DNA of 64,000 nucleotides from an uncultured Fluviicola sp. (GCA_913009205.1 CAJVYC010000011.1:2442-66441), one strand, 5' to 3'. Counted from the first letter of the stretch, positions 48,855 to 58,914 are shown. Program-made: numbers and translations. Notes: generated from the letters alone by a model not told the origin.

Positions 48855-49910
48855 TTAGATTTTGGGGATTTCCCCAGCTTCAACCAGCTGCCCAAAAAAC
48901 TCAGTAACTGTTCCTTCCAATGGACGGTATTTCATTTCCAAATCTTTAATGCTTTTCGAATTGTTCGCTTTCCATGGGAAACCAACATTTTTTGAAACTT
49001 CTTTTCGCGTCATACCAACACTTGGTGCCATCAACCAAAGCATCCATTTTGGTAGTTTTTTAGTCCCAATCTTATAATTCGGAAATTTGTTTTTGATAAA
49101 TCCAGCAATTTCCAAGAATCCAGAATTCGTCCCTGAAATAATGTACCTACCTTTTGCTTCAGCTTTTGTTCCAGCTTGAAAATGAGCTTCTGCCAAATCG
49201 CGCACATCGATGCACCCAATGTTAAATTCTGGAGCGCCCATTTTAAAATCTCCTTTTCCAATTTGTTTCATAATTGAATACGACTCCGAACTCGCATGTG
49301 GGTTAATTCCAGGGCCTAAAACAAATGAAGGATTGATGGTAACCAAATCCCAACGATCTTGTGCTTTGTTAACTTCCCATGCTTCTTTTTCAGCGACTGT
49401 TTTAGAAAACGAATACGGTTGGTGGTCAAGGCTTGAAGAGGTATTCCAAAGATCTTCTGTCAATTCTTGATTTGGCATCTCCAAAACATCCACACCATCG
49501 CCATAGATTGCGGCACAACTACTTGTGACAACAACACGTTTTACGCTTTCTGTTTTATTAGCAGATCCGAGTACGTTTTTCGTTCCTTTCTTTGCTGGAT
49601 CAACCAAATCCTTTTGTGGATCCTTAATTACTCTAATAAAAGGGGATGCCGTATGAAAAACCAATTCACAGCCTTTCATGGCTTCATCATAAGATCCTTC
49701 TTCAAGTAAATCAGATTTAAAATATTTTATCTCACCCGGAAGTTTTGCTGCAAGAGCATCTAAGTATTGCGTTTTGTCTTTGTCATTAGGAGTTCGAACC
49801 GCAGCGTGAACTATAAATCCTTCGGTCAAAAGTTTTTCGACCAATCTTCCCGCTACGTATCCTGTAGCTCCTGTAACCAATACTGGTTTGTTTGTGTCAA
49901 TGAAATTCAT
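48855..49910 (-). CDS. NAD(P)-dependent epimerase/dehydratase family SDR (dihydroflavonol/cinnamoyl-CoA reductase-like aldehyde reductase)
   Basis: Rossmann motif VLVTGATGYVAGRLVEKL and extended-SDR Y..SK (YSFSKTVAE). Confidence 0.88.
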   Translation of the reverse strand: MNFIDTNKPVLVTGATGYVAGRLVEKLLTEGFIVHAAVRTPNDKDKTQYLDALAAKLPGEIKYFKSDLLEEGSYDEAMKGCELVFHTASPFIRVIKDPQKDLVDPAKKGTKNVLGSANKTESVKRVVVTSSCAAIYGDGVDVLEMPNQELTEDLWNTSSSLDHQPYSFSKTVAEKEAWEVNKAQDRWDLVTINPSFVLGPGINPHASSESYSIMKQIGKGDFKMGAPEFNIGCIDVRDLAEAHFQAGTKAEAKGRYIISGTNSGFLEIAGFIKNKFPNYKIGTKKLPKWMLWLMAPSVGMTRKEVSKNVGFPWKANNSKSIKDLEMKYRPLEGTVTEFFGQLVEAGEIPKI

Positions 49911-49916
49911 AGTTGT

Positions 49917-50438
49917 TTAATTTAAAGAGTGCTTGTTAAGTATTGTTTCTAATAAAGTACCTGCATCAATGTTTTTGAGCAGAATTTGAGTCGCCACACC
50001 GTCGATAATCACTTCGATTAAAGTTGCTTCCACCTCAGGGTTATCATAACCCAATTGTTCAAAGGCGTCAACGAGGGAGGCACGGAAAAGAACAAATGGA
50101 GACGGTTGATATTCAGCGCGTTGCCATTTTAGCGCATACATTAACTTCCAAAATTGATTGTCGTTCGGATCAATAGTAAACGGAAGTGAAATTGCTTTTT
50201 TGATTCTTTTTTTCGGTTCGGAAATTAAAATAACTTCTGAGAAATAGACGGAAGCCTTTTCCATTCCATAATTGATGATTGCCTCAAGAAGGCCTTCTTT
50301 ATTTTTGAAATGTTTGAAAATTAACCCTTCAGAAACACCCGCTTCTTTGGCAATCGCTTTGGTCGATGTTCCGTCAAAACCGAGAGATGCAAAGAGCTTC
50401 ATGGCCGTTATTAGAATTTTTATTTGTTTGTCTGTCAT
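49917..50438 (-). CDS. TetR/AcrR family transcriptional regulator
   Basis: N-terminal HTH segment FDGTSTKAIAKEAGVSEGLIFKHFKNKEGLL. It lies 6 nt upstream of the SDR gene, so they are probably an operon. Confidence 0.9.
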   Translation of the reverse strand: MTDKQIKILITAMKLFASLGFDGTSTKAIAKEAGVSEGLIFKHFKNKEGLLEAIINYGMEKASVYFSEVILISEPKKRIKKAISLPFTIDPNDNQFWKLMYALKWQRAEYQPSPFVLFRASLVDAFEQLGYDNPEVEATLIEVIIDGVATQILLKNIDAGTLLETILNKHSLN

Positions 50439-50443
50439 ATGAA

Positions 50444-50459
50444 AAGTGAGTAATCACTT
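50444..50459. promoter_or_regulatory. Candidate TetR operator: perfect inverted repeat AAGTGA-N4-TCACTT
   Basis: A palindrome read directly from the sequence, 6-21 nt upstream of the TetR start codon at 50438. Confidence 0.4.
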
Positions 50460-50601
50460 ACAAGTATAATCTTAATATTTACTTTGCGAATCTATTTTCT
50501 CATTTTTTGTGATTTCAATCCTTGATTCGGTATCCTATCGAATGAACATTTCGGTCTGAATAACTCTGAACTAAATACGATTATCAATTGTCTATTTGTT
50601 C

Positions 50602-50609
50602 TACTTTTG
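50602..50609 (+). promoter_or_regulatory. Candidate -7 promoter box (TACTTTTG) for the ftsX operon, implying a near-leaderless mRNA
   Basis: Exact TAnnTTTG match ending 6 nt before the ATG at 50616. Confidence 0.4.
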
Positions 50610-50615
50610 GTCGTA

Positions 50616-51503
50616 ATGAGCAGATCTATTGATAAAAGCAGCAAACGAGGCGTTAAAACGAGCTATATCTCTACAACAATTGGAGTGTCGTTGGTTTTGT
50701 TTATGATTGGTCTCGTTTTGGGAGGTTATTTGGGTCTAGATAATATTCAACGCCAAGCAAAAGAAAACTTAACAGCTGATATTTTTTTTAAGCCGGATTT
50801 AAACGATGCAGATATTAAACAAGTTGAGCTTGAGTTAAAAACGTGGGAAGAATTCAGTGAAGTAACGTATGTATCGCAAGATAGAGCATTGGAAGATTTT
50901 GCAGGAGCTGAAGGAAGTGAAGAAATGTTAGAAATCTTAGATGGAGACCGACCTATTCCAACCAATATTAGTTTTCAACCCAAAGAAAAATACGCCACAG
51001 TCGAAGGAATGAACGCTTTGGAAGCCAAGATTATAAAAGAATATGGAGATCGAGTAATTGACGTGAACTATGAGGAAGCAAGCGTAGAGGATGTGAATTT
51101 GGGGTTCAAGCAAATCGTTTTGCTTTTCGCAATTGTAGCCGCCTTGTTAATTGTAATCGCCGTAGCCATGATAAACAGTACCATCCGATTGGCTTTGTAT
51201 TCTAAACGTTTCTCAATTAAAACAATGCAACTTGTTGGAGCAACATCGCGCTATATCCGACTTCCGTTTTTATGGCAAGCGATCGGAATAGGAATTATAA
51301 GCGCCATAATAGGAATGGCAATTCTTCTCGGATTGTTCTATGCTTTGAACAATGTAATGGATGCAATCGAAATTCCTTTTGATATAATTAGCTTCTTTGA
51401 ATTGCTCGGAACGCTATTAGTTTCGGGGGTTCTCATTACTTTGATCTCGACTTGGTTTGCTCTTAACAAATATTTGAGAATGAAATTGGACGATTTGTAT
51501 TAA
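50616..51503 (+). CDS. ftsX: Cell division protein FtsX-like permease
   Basis: N-terminal TM, periplasmic domain and three C-terminal TM helices (FtsX fold). I prefer the ATG at 50616 (MSRSIDK) over the TTG at 50607. Confidence 0.85.
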   Translation: MSRSIDKSSKRGVKTSYISTTIGVSLVLFMIGLVLGGYLGLDNIQRQAKENLTADIFFKPDLNDADIKQVELELKTWEEFSEVTYVSQDRALEDFAGAEGSEEMLEILDGDRPIPTNISFQPKEKYATVEGMNALEAKIIKEYGDRVIDVNYEEASVEDVNLGFKQIVLLFAIVAALLIVIAVAMINSTIRLALYSKRFSIKTMQLVGATSRYIRLPFLWQAIGIGIISAIIGMAILLGLFYALNNVMDAIEIPFDIISFFELLGTLLVSGVLITLISTWFALNKYLRMKLDDLY

Positions 51504-51512
51504 ATTTGGCAC

Positions 51513-51872
51513 ATGAGCAATAAAAAATCCAACAAAAACAAGGCTGATATGCTTGATGATAATCTCGTCAGTAAAGTAGAGCCAAAGTCGGCGCCAATTG
51601 CGACTGGTGCAGAAGTTTCACTTAAAGAGTATAGCAAATCGGCTCCTTATGCTTTCAATAATAAAAACTACAAACTTTTATTAATTGGTTTGGCAATTAA
51701 TGTATTCGGATTTATATTAATGATTGGTGGTGGTGCAGAGGATCCAAACGAGTTTCACGCCGAGACTCTTTTTAGTACTGTAAGAATTACAATCTCTCCA
51801 ATGTTTATTGTTTTAGGATATGCTGTGATCATGTATGCGATCATGAAGAAGCCTAAACCTGTAGATAAATAA
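51513..51872 (+). CDS. DUF3098-like small membrane protein
   Basis: 119 aa with two TM helices. It sits between ftsX and uppP, which as I recall is the conserved position for DUF3098 in Flavobacteriia. Confidence 0.65.
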   Translation: MSNKKSNKNKADMLDDNLVSKVEPKSAPIATGAEVSLKEYSKSAPYAFNNKNYKLLLIGLAINVFGFILMIGGGAEDPNEFHAETLFSTVRITISPMFIVLGYAVIMYAIMKKPKPVDK

Positions 51873-51878
51873 TATCGA

Positions 51879-52673
51879 ATGAGTTTTCTTGATGCCCTTA
51901 TTCTTGGAATCATTCAGGGACTAACTGAATTTTTGCCTGTAAGTAGCAGTGGACATTTGGAAATGGCAAAAGCAATCCAAGGCCAAGACATGTCTGAAAA
52001 GGCAAGTATGATGATGACGGTTGTTCTACATTTTGCTACTGCCCTTAGTACAGCCTTTGTTTTCCGGAAAGATCTCGTTGGAATATTCAAAGGTCTATTC
52101 AAGTTCAAAAACAATGAAGAGTTCAAATTTTCTCTAAAAATTGTCATTTCAATGATTCCAGCAGCTATTGTTGGCGTCTTTTTTGATGATATTATTGAAA
52201 ACTTCTTCAGCGGACAAATTCTGCTCGTTGGATGCATGTTGATCGTAACCGGACTTATATTGTTCGTAGCTGATAGAGCTAAGAAGACAGATAAGAAGGT
52301 AGGTTTTGGAGCAGCCGTAATTATCGGAATTGCTCAAGCAATTGCAATTCTCCCAGGAATATCAAGATCTGGAGCAACTATCGGAACTTCCGTATTATTA
52401 GGCATCGACAGAACTAGAGCAGCTCGTTTTTCATTTTTAATGGTCGTTCCCCTCATTTTTGGTAAAATGGCCAAAGACTTAATGAGTCCAGAATTTACAA
52501 CGGATGGAATTTCATTGGGCGTTATTGGTGTAGGTTTCGTAACCGCATTCGTTGTTGGAATCATCGCCTGTACATGGATGATCGCTTTAGTAAAGCGCAG
52601 TAAACTATCTTATTTTTCTTATTACTGTTTCGCTGTCGGTATTGGCGCAATCGGTTGGTCAATTTTTCAATAA
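51879..52673 (+). CDS. uppP: Undecaprenyl-diphosphate phosphatase
   Basis: BacA/UppP motifs EFLPVSSSGHL and PGISRSGATI. Confidence 0.95.
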   Translation: MSFLDALILGIIQGLTEFLPVSSSGHLEMAKAIQGQDMSEKASMMMTVVLHFATALSTAFVFRKDLVGIFKGLFKFKNNEEFKFSLKIVISMIPAAIVGVFFDDIIENFFSGQILLVGCMLIVTGLILFVADRAKKTDKKVGFGAAVIIGIAQAIAILPGISRSGATIGTSVLLGIDRTRAARFSFLMVVPLIFGKMAKDLMSPEFTTDGISLGVIGVGFVTAFVVGIIACTWMIALVKRSKLSYFSYYCFAVGIGAIGWSIFQ

Positions 52674-53372
52674 ATGAAAGCCTCAGAATTTCAAGAAGGA
52701 AAAACAATCGTCGTCGATAAACCATTAAATTGGACTTCATTCGATGTTGTCAATAAATTACGATGGACAATTAAGAATCATTTAGGGGTAAAAAAAATTA
52801 AAGTAGGACACGCAGGAACGCTTGACCCATTGGCAACAGGTGTTTTAGTTCTTTGTTCAGGTAAGCATACAAAGCGAATCGTCGAATTAATGGCTGGTGA
52901 TAAAACGTACACCGGTAAAATTCTATTGGGAAAAACAACGCCTTCTTATGATTTGGAAAGTGAATTCAATGAAAATTTCCCAACCGAACATATAACAGAA
53001 GCACTTTTTGAAGAAGTAAGGTTGAGTTTTATTGGTGATCAGGACCAAGTCCCTCCAATTTTTTCAGCGAAACAAGTTGACGGAAGAAGAGCATACGACC
53101 TAGCAAGAGCAGGGAAGGAGGTTGTTCTTCAGCCAAATCGAATTAACGTTACCTCTTTTTCGATTGATACCAGTAAAATGCCTAAAATTTCGTTTGAAAT
53201 TACATGCAGTAAAGGTACTTATATTCGATCAATCGCACATGATTTTGGTGTGAAACTCAACTCAGGTGGAACATTAATCGAATTGAGACGTATGAGGTCG
53301 GGGGAACAAAGTATTGATGAAAGTAATACAGTTGATGAGTGGATTGAGATTATTCGAGCTACTGAACTATAG
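52674..53372 (+). CDS. truB: tRNA pseudouridine(55) synthase
   Basis: Catalytic Asp motif GHAGTLDPLATGVLVL and the KGTYIRS motif. Confidence 0.95.
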   Translation: MKASEFQEGKTIVVDKPLNWTSFDVVNKLRWTIKNHLGVKKIKVGHAGTLDPLATGVLVLCSGKHTKRIVELMAGDKTYTGKILLGKTTPSYDLESEFNENFPTEHITEALFEEVRLSFIGDQDQVPPIFSAKQVDGRRAYDLARAGKEVVLQPNRINVTSFSIDTSKMPKISFEITCSKGTYIRSIAHDFGVKLNSGGTLIELRRMRSGEQSIDESNTVDEWIEIIRATEL

Positions 53373-53388
53373 AACAACTTAATTTTTT

Positions 53389-53396
53389 TACCTTTG
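53389..53396 (+). promoter_or_regulatory. Candidate -7 promoter box (TACCTTTG) upstream of queA
   Basis: Exact TAnnTTTG match 46 nt upstream of the ATG at 53442. Confidence 0.45.
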
Positions 53397-53441
53397 CGGC
53401 CCCTCTAAAAATTAAATGATTTGACAGTTGTAATGAATAAA

Positions 53442-54491
53442 ATGAAGTTGTCTCAATTCAACTTCGACCTCCCAGAAGAGTTAATTGCAGAATATCCGAG
53501 TGAAAACCGCGATGATTCGCGTATGATGGTTATACATCGTGATACGGGTAAATTCGAGCATAAGTTATTTAAAGACGTGATCAACTATATCGACGAAGGT
53601 GATGTAATGATTATGAACAACACGAAAGTGTTTCCTGCCAGAATGTATGGTAACAAGGAAAAGACTGGAGCTAAGATCGAAGTTTTCTTGTTGAGAGAAT
53701 TGAATCGTGAAAGTCTACTTTGGGATGTACTGGTTGACCCAGCTCGAAAAATCCGTATCGGAAACAAATTGTATTTCGGTGAAGATGATTCACTGGTTGC
53801 AGAAGTTATTGATAACACGACCTCAAGAGGACGTACTTTACGATTCCTTTTTGATGGACCTTACGAAGAGTTCAAAAAAGCGATCACTAAATTAGGTGAA
53901 ACGCCACTTCCAAAGTACATCAAACGTGAAGTTGAGAAAACGGATGAAGACAGGTACCAAACAATATATGCCAAAGAAGAAGGTGCTGTTGCAGCTCCGA
54001 CCGCTGGATTGCACTTCTCACGTCAATTGCTTAAACGATTGGAATTGAAAGGTGTTGAATTTGCAGAAGTTACTTTGCACATCGGTCTAGGAACTTTTAG
54101 ACCAGTTGAAGTTGAGGATTTAACGAAACATAAAATGGATTCTGAGCAAGCATACGTTACGCAAGAATGCGCTGATATTGTTAATAAAGCAAAGGTCACC
54201 AAGCAAAAAATTATCGCTGTTGGAACAACTTCAATGAGAACAATTGAAAGTTCTGTTTCTACAGATGGTATGTTGAAACCATATGACGGATGGACGAACA
54301 AGTTTATCTTCCCTCCTTATGATTTCAGTATCGCAGATATTTTAATTACAAATTTCCACACGCCGCTTTCTACGCTATTAATGATGATTTCTGCATTCTG
54401 TGGTCATGATCTGATGATGAAAGCTTACCAAGAGGCGATTAAAGAAAAATACAGATTCTATTCTTACGGTGACGCAATGATGATTATCTAA
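53442..54491 (+). CDS. queA: S-adenosylmethionine:tRNA ribosyltransferase-isomerase
   Basis: [17 protein letters not shown]-terminus, plus PTAGLHF and [11 protein letters not shown] motifs. The ORF track starts at the TTG at 53421, and another ATG lies at 53433. Confidence 0.94.
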   Translation: MKLSQFNFDLPEELIAEYPSENRDDSRMMVIHRDTGKFEHKLFKDVINYIDEGDVMIMNNTKVFPARMYGNKEKTGAKIEVFLLRELNRESLLWDVLVDPARKIRIGNKLYFGEDDSLVAEVIDNTTSRGRTLRFLFDGPYEEFKKAITKLGETPLPKYIKREVEKTDEDRYQTIYAKEEGAVAAPTAGLHFSRQLLKRLELKGVEFAEVTLHIGLGTFRPVEVEDLTKHKMDSEQAYVTQECADIVNKAKVTKQKIIAVGTTSMRTIESSVSTDGMLKPYDGWTNKFIFPPYDFSIADILITNFHTPLSTLLMMISAFCGHDLMMKAYQEAIKEKYRFYSYGDAMMII

Positions 54492-54515
54492 GATTGGGAC
54501 TAAAAAACACAACGT

Positions 54516-54551
54516 AAAAAAAAAGGATGTCTCTAAAGGCATCCTTTTTTT
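54516..54551 (+). terminator. Rho-independent terminator after queA
   Basis: A9 run, stem aggatgtc/ggcatcct with one G-U pair and a 6-nt loop, then T7. Confidence 0.8.
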
Positions 54552-54723
54552 ATTCCAGAAGAAAAAAACAGTAGTAATTTCTATTAACTAATAATTTTCG
54601 ATTCTTGGTCAATCTAATTTTAACTGAGTTAAAAGCATTCGTTAATTTTAGGGGGCTTTGTTTAGAACAATTATTTTTTAGCAAATACCTTTAAATTGAA
54701 GCATTCTAGCGACAAATAATGAC

Positions 54724-54731
54724 TATTTTTG
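54724..54731 (+). promoter_or_regulatory. Candidate -7 promoter box (TATTTTTG) for the cyoE-coxIII-SCO operon
   Basis: Exact TAnnTTTG match 48 nt upstream of the ATG at 54779. Confidence 0.45.
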
Positions 54732-54778
54732 GGTGCAAAATTAGAGCGTTGAATTTAAGCGCTAACTAAAATTAGTGA

Positions 54779-55669
54779 ATGGGTAAAGTAAAAGCATATA
54801 TGGTTTTTACAAAGTTTCGATTGTCGGCTTTGGTTGTCGTCTCGGCAATTACAGGATACCTTTTTGTTGGAGGCAGTGACGGCTTCGAAATTACTTTGCT
54901 TCTTGTTGGCGGGCTTTTAGTGACCGCAGCTTCAAACGGTTCCAATCAAATTTGGGAGAGAGATCTCGATAAATTGATGAAAAGAACGGAAAGAAGACCG
55001 ATCCCAATGGGTAAAATGAGCGTAACCGAAGGAGTTATCGTTGTTTCAGTTTGCCTCATTGCCGGAACTTACATGCTATTTCTGCTAAATCTTTATTCAG
55101 CATTACTTGGTTTGGCAGCCTTCATTTCTTATGTTTTTATTTATACTCCGATGAAACGTGTCTCACCATGGGCAGTATTTATTGGAGCCTTCCCAGGTGC
55201 AATTCCTCCAATGCTTGGAGCTGTTGCTTCATCTACAAATAACTTCGGAACTCCTGAAGTGTTTGGATTGGTTCCAGGTGTTTTATTCTTTGTTCAGTTC
55301 GTTTGGCAGTTCCCTCACTTTTGGGCCATTGCGTGGGTTTCTTTCGATGACTACAAAGCAGGTGGCTTTTCGCTGTTACCATCAAGAGAAGGTAAATCCA
55401 AAAGTTCAGCATTTCAAATTGTTGCTTACGCATTAGCCTTAATTCCATTTAGTCTTCTTCCATGGGTTATGGGTTGGACTGGAATTGTGTCCTTGATTCT
55501 TGTTCTTTTTCTGGGAATAGGCTTTTTCTTATATTCATACCGACTACTACTGACGTGTGATGACAAAGACGCTAGAAAATTGATGTTCGCATCATTCTTA
55601 TATCTACCACTTGTTCAATTCTTATATGTTCTAGATAGAGTTGAAGGCGCGATTCCAATAAATTATTAA
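54779..55669 (+). CDS. cyoE: Protoheme IX farnesyltransferase (heme O synthase)
   Basis: UbiA-family polytopic protein with NQIWERDLDKLMKRTERRP (Asp-rich motif 1) and a second D-containing motif WVSFDDYKAGG. Confidence 0.94.
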   Translation: MGKVKAYMVFTKFRLSALVVVSAITGYLFVGGSDGFEITLLLVGGLLVTAASNGSNQIWERDLDKLMKRTERRPIPMGKMSVTEGVIVVSVCLIAGTYMLFLLNLYSALLGLAAFISYVFIYTPMKRVSPWAVFIGAFPGAIPPMLGAVASSTNNFGTPEVFGLVPGVLFFVQFVWQFPHFWAIAWVSFDDYKAGGFSLLPSREGKSKSSAFQIVAYALALIPFSLLPWVMGWTGIVSLILVLFLGIGFFLYSYRLLLTCDDKDARKLMFASFLYLPLVQFLYVLDRVEGAIPINY

Positions 55670-55672
55670 AAG

Positions 55673-56752
55673 ATGAGTGAAAAAATTAAAGAGGTGCACG
55701 TAGAAAACGAGACAAACGGAGATGATAAAATCCAAGTTGAAAGAGCCAAGATGAATATCATTTACGTCGGAATTGCCTCCGTAGTGATGTTCTTTGGAGG
55801 AATGACATCTGCATATATTGTTTCAATGGGTGACGCATTCTGGATCAAATTTCCATTGCCAACTGCGTTTTGGGTGAGTACTGCAATTATTGCAATTAGT
55901 AGCGTCGTTCTTCAACTAACGATTGCAGCCGTGCGAAAAGGAAACATTAAAGGATTAAAGATCGGAGTTGTGACCACTTTATTATTGGGAATCGGATTTG
56001 TTTACACTCAATTCCAAGGATATTCTCAATTGGCTAAGAAAGGATCACACATGACCGGAAGTGGAATTATCGTTTCGGATGGTAAATACGATGCTTACTT
56101 CGCTGTAAAGCAAGGAAAAGAATTTATCGTCGTAGATGGAAATGATTACATAAAATTAGGTAAGGTTCTTACGAAGTCTGAAATGGAGTCGCTCAAAAAA
56201 TACATGAAGCAATTCCTGAAGCCTGATATAAAAAAGAACTTTAAAGTGAAGAATGATGGAATTCACACTTTGTATTGGGAAAATCAAGAAATGAATGTCG
56301 TTGACGGTGAATTGATCACTAATGATACTTTGAAAATGGAATCTGTTGACAGGGTTCGCTTGTCTTATTTAGCGAGAAATATACAAGACGGTCGAGGTGA
56401 CTTTTTCATGAAAGGTAAATTTGGAAAAGACTTTCATGTGTTTTATAAAGGTGTGGAAATGGGTTATAAAAATGGTGGTTTAACATACAAAGGAAAGCAA
56501 CTCGATGTATACTTACAAGTGAAAGCCGTCGAATCGGCCGATACCGCATCATCATTTTTATGGGCAATTACAATTGCACATTTACTCCATATTATCGCAA
56601 CATTGCTTTACATGGTTAGAATTGTAAGATTCTCATTTTCAGGCAAAATAAATCAAGAGAATAATGTAAGGCTTAGAATGGGAGCAGTATTCTGGCATTT
56701 TTTGGGATTATTATGGATCTTTTTACTACTTTTTTTACTATTTATTCATTAA
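55673..56752 (+). CDS. Cytochrome c oxidase subunit III family protein (5-TM type) with a ~170-aa soluble insertion
   Basis: TM helices at residues ~27-50, 63-87, 96-117, 293-317 and 336-359. The C-terminal WHFLGLLWIF motif is typical of CoxIII/CyoC. Confidence 0.8.
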   Translation: MSEKIKEVHVENETNGDDKIQVERAKMNIIYVGIASVVMFFGGMTSAYIVSMGDAFWIKFPLPTAFWVSTAIIAISSVVLQLTIAAVRKGNIKGLKIGVVTTLLLGIGFVYTQFQGYSQLAKKGSHMTGSGIIVSDGKYDAYFAVKQGKEFIVVDGNDYIKLGKVLTKSEMESLKKYMKQFLKPDIKKNFKVKNDGIHTLYWENQEMNVVDGELITNDTLKMESVDRVRLSYLARNIQDGRGDFFMKGKFGKDFHVFYKGVEMGYKNGGLTYKGKQLDVYLQVKAVESADTASSFLWAITIAHLLHIIATLLYMVRIVRFSFSGKINQENNVRLRMGAVFWHFLGLLWIFLLLFLLFIH

Positions 56753-56777
56753 ACTTGCAGATTAAAATATTTTAATA

Positions 56778-57830
56778 ATGGCTGGACACGCTAGTAAACA
56801 AATTGATTCTAAGACTCTGTGGGGAGGTAAAATGTCTCCATTTAGCACGAGCTACGGGAAACTAATGATGTGGTTCTTTCTTGTATCAGATGCCTTGACT
56901 TTTGGAGGACTTTTAATCGCATATGCTTTTACAAGACACGCAGTTGATACGGCCTGGCCTATTGGGGAAGAGACGTTTAATTCACTTCCAATTCTTGGTC
57001 ACGGATACCCTTTGATCTATGTAGCCTTAATGACATTCATTCTGATTATTTCTTCTGTAACGATGGTTCTAGCCGTTGAAGCAGGACACAGAATGGACAA
57101 AAAGGGAGTTGTGAAATGGATGATTGCAACAATTATAGGTGGAGCTTTCTTCGTTGGTTCTCAAGCATGGGAATGGTCTCACTTTATTCACGGATCTGAA
57201 TTCGGGAAAATCGAATTGGCAGACGGTTCGCAAGCCGTCGTTAAAGGTCATTTTGGTGATGTGAAGAATTTCACCATTGTAACTTCAGGCCACCATCATA
57301 AAAAAGGAGATGTTATAGCTGCTGGAAAGCACAGCATGACACAAGTTGAAATGAACCATGATTACAGACATGCAGTAGCAGAAGGTGATGTGCATGGAGA
57401 TACAATTATGTTGCATGATGGCTCTGTTGCTACTTATCTCAAAGCAAAGAATGAACATTTGGAGCTAATTATTAAGGGCAACGGTGGAGAGTATAAAATT
57501 GGAGACAGAATCAATAACCATTCTAAGGCTGCTGAAATCTATGAAAAAGTAGCAACTGCAGGTGAAAAGAATCGTGTTATTTATGGAGCGAACCTTCAAC
57601 AAAACGAGTACGGACCTCAACAATACGGACAGTTCTTCTTCTTTATTACTGGTTTCCACGGATTCCACGTATTCTCAGGAGTAATGATAAATATCTTAAT
57701 TCTTTTTGGAGCAATAAGAGGGGTTTACCACAAACGTGGACATTACGAAATGATTGAAAAGACTGGACTTTATTGGCACTTTGTCGATTTAGTTTGGGTA
57801 TTTGTATTTACATTCTTCTATTTAGTATAA
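56778..57830 (+). CDS. ctaE: Cytochrome c oxidase subunit III with a ~145-aa His-rich soluble insertion
   Basis: CoxIII motifs GSQAWEW, FFFFITGFHGFHVFSG and LYWHFVDLVWVFVF, with an insertion between the first two. Confidence 0.88.
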   Translation: MAGHASKQIDSKTLWGGKMSPFSTSYGKLMMWFFLVSDALTFGGLLIAYAFTRHAVDTAWPIGEETFNSLPILGHGYPLIYVALMTFILIISSVTMVLAVEAGHRMDKKGVVKWMIATIIGGAFFVGSQAWEWSHFIHGSEFGKIELADGSQAVVKGHFGDVKNFTIVTSGHHHKKGDVIAAGKHSMTQVEMNHDYRHAVAEGDVHGDTIMLHDGSVATYLKAKNEHLELIIKGNGGEYKIGDRINNHSKAAEIYEKVATAGEKNRVIYGANLQQNEYGPQQYGQFFFFITGFHGFHVFSGVMINILILFGAIRGVYHKRGHYEMIEKTGLYWHFVDLVWVFVFTFFYLV

Positions 57831-57849
57831 TTAAGAAAACTTAGAGATT

Positions 57850-58221
57850 ATGATCAGAGACGATATATATGAATATTCTTTAGATGCTCATCACGATGAG
57901 GAGAAAGGCAAGAAGCTTCGTAAGAAAATTTACTTTGTTACAATTCTACTTACTGTTATAACGATGGTTGAGGTTGGATTGGGAATTGCAATCAAACAAA
58001 GTGATTCAGGTTGGCCATTCGTTAAGTGGACCTTTATTGCTTTAACATTATTGAAAGCTGGATATATTGTATTATCATTTATGCACCTTGGTGACGAACG
58101 TAAAGGAATGAGGTATGTAATTCTGATTCCCTACTTTGTGTTTTTATCATATTTGATTTTCGTTTTAATCTGGGAAGGACTCGCAGTGGGAGAAGCATTT
58201 CCATTAACACAAGGCCTCTAG
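57850..58221 (+). CDS. Cytochrome c oxidase subunit IV family protein (prokaryotic CoxIV/CtaF-like)
   Basis: 123 aa with three TM helices and the LKAGYIVLSFMHL motif. It lies directly after the CoxIII genes. Confidence 0.8.
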   Translation: MIRDDIYEYSLDAHHDEEKGKKLRKKIYFVTILLTVITMVEVGLGIAIKQSDSGWPFVKWTFIALTLLKAGYIVLSFMHLGDERKGMRYVILIPYFVFLSYLIFVLIWEGLAVGEAFPLTQGL

Positions 58222-58233
58222 TACTAGAAGAAA

Positions 58234-58914
58234 ATGGTGAAAAAAAAATCTGCCGGACGATTAAAAGTAGCATTAGCATTTGTTCTTTTATTCGGACCGG
58301 CTGTTTTCTTGATACTAATATCAACAAGAAGTTGTACCCATAAGTTCAAACAACTGCCCGACCTAGGAGAAGTTGCAGAATACTCATTTACCGACATTAA
58401 TGGTGAAAAGAAATCATCCAAAGATTTCAAAGACAAAATTGTACTGATTACAACGCTGCAAGTCAGCTGCCCAAACAATTGTGCGATTTCTCTAATCAAC
58501 TTGAATCTTCAAGTATTTCAGCTTGCGAAAAACTTTGACGATGATGGCATAAAGATCATTTCCTATGTCACTGATGAGAATGGAGATCCAATTGATGATT
58601 TGAAATATGTTCAGAAAATACTTAACGATCGAGTCGAAGATTATGATCCAAAACTTTGGATTCTAGCATCAGGAGATTCTAGGGATGTTTATAATCTTGA
58701 ACATGAAGGCCGAAAATTATTGGACGAAACAGGAGATGATTTTTTTGCGGGAAAAGCCTATCTTGAAATGATGCTTTTAGTAGATAAAACAAACCATTTA
58801 AGAATGATTCTTTCTGGAAATAGTGAAGGGATGATTCGAAAAATGAAACAACATATTGCACTTTTGCAAAAACAATATGATATTCAAGCAAGTGGTAAAA
58901 ATCCTAAAAAATAG
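58234..58914 (+). CDS. SCO/thioredoxin-fold-like membrane-anchored protein with a CPNNC motif (divergent SCO paralog)
   Basis: N-terminal TM anchor. VLITTLQVSCPNNCAIS aligns with the FFFTHCPTICPPM motif of the downstream SCO protein. No His is present at the position of the SCO copper ligand. Confidence 0.6.
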   Translation: MVKKKSAGRLKVALAFVLLFGPAVFLILISTRSCTHKFKQLPDLGEVAEYSFTDINGEKKSSKDFKDKIVLITTLQVSCPNNCAISLINLNLQVFQLAKNFDDDGIKIISYVTDENGDPIDDLKYVQKILNDRVEDYDPKLWILASGDSRDVYNLEHEGRKLLDETGDDFFAGKAYLEMMLLVDKTNHLRMILSGNSEGMIRKMKQHIALLQKQYDIQASGKNPKK

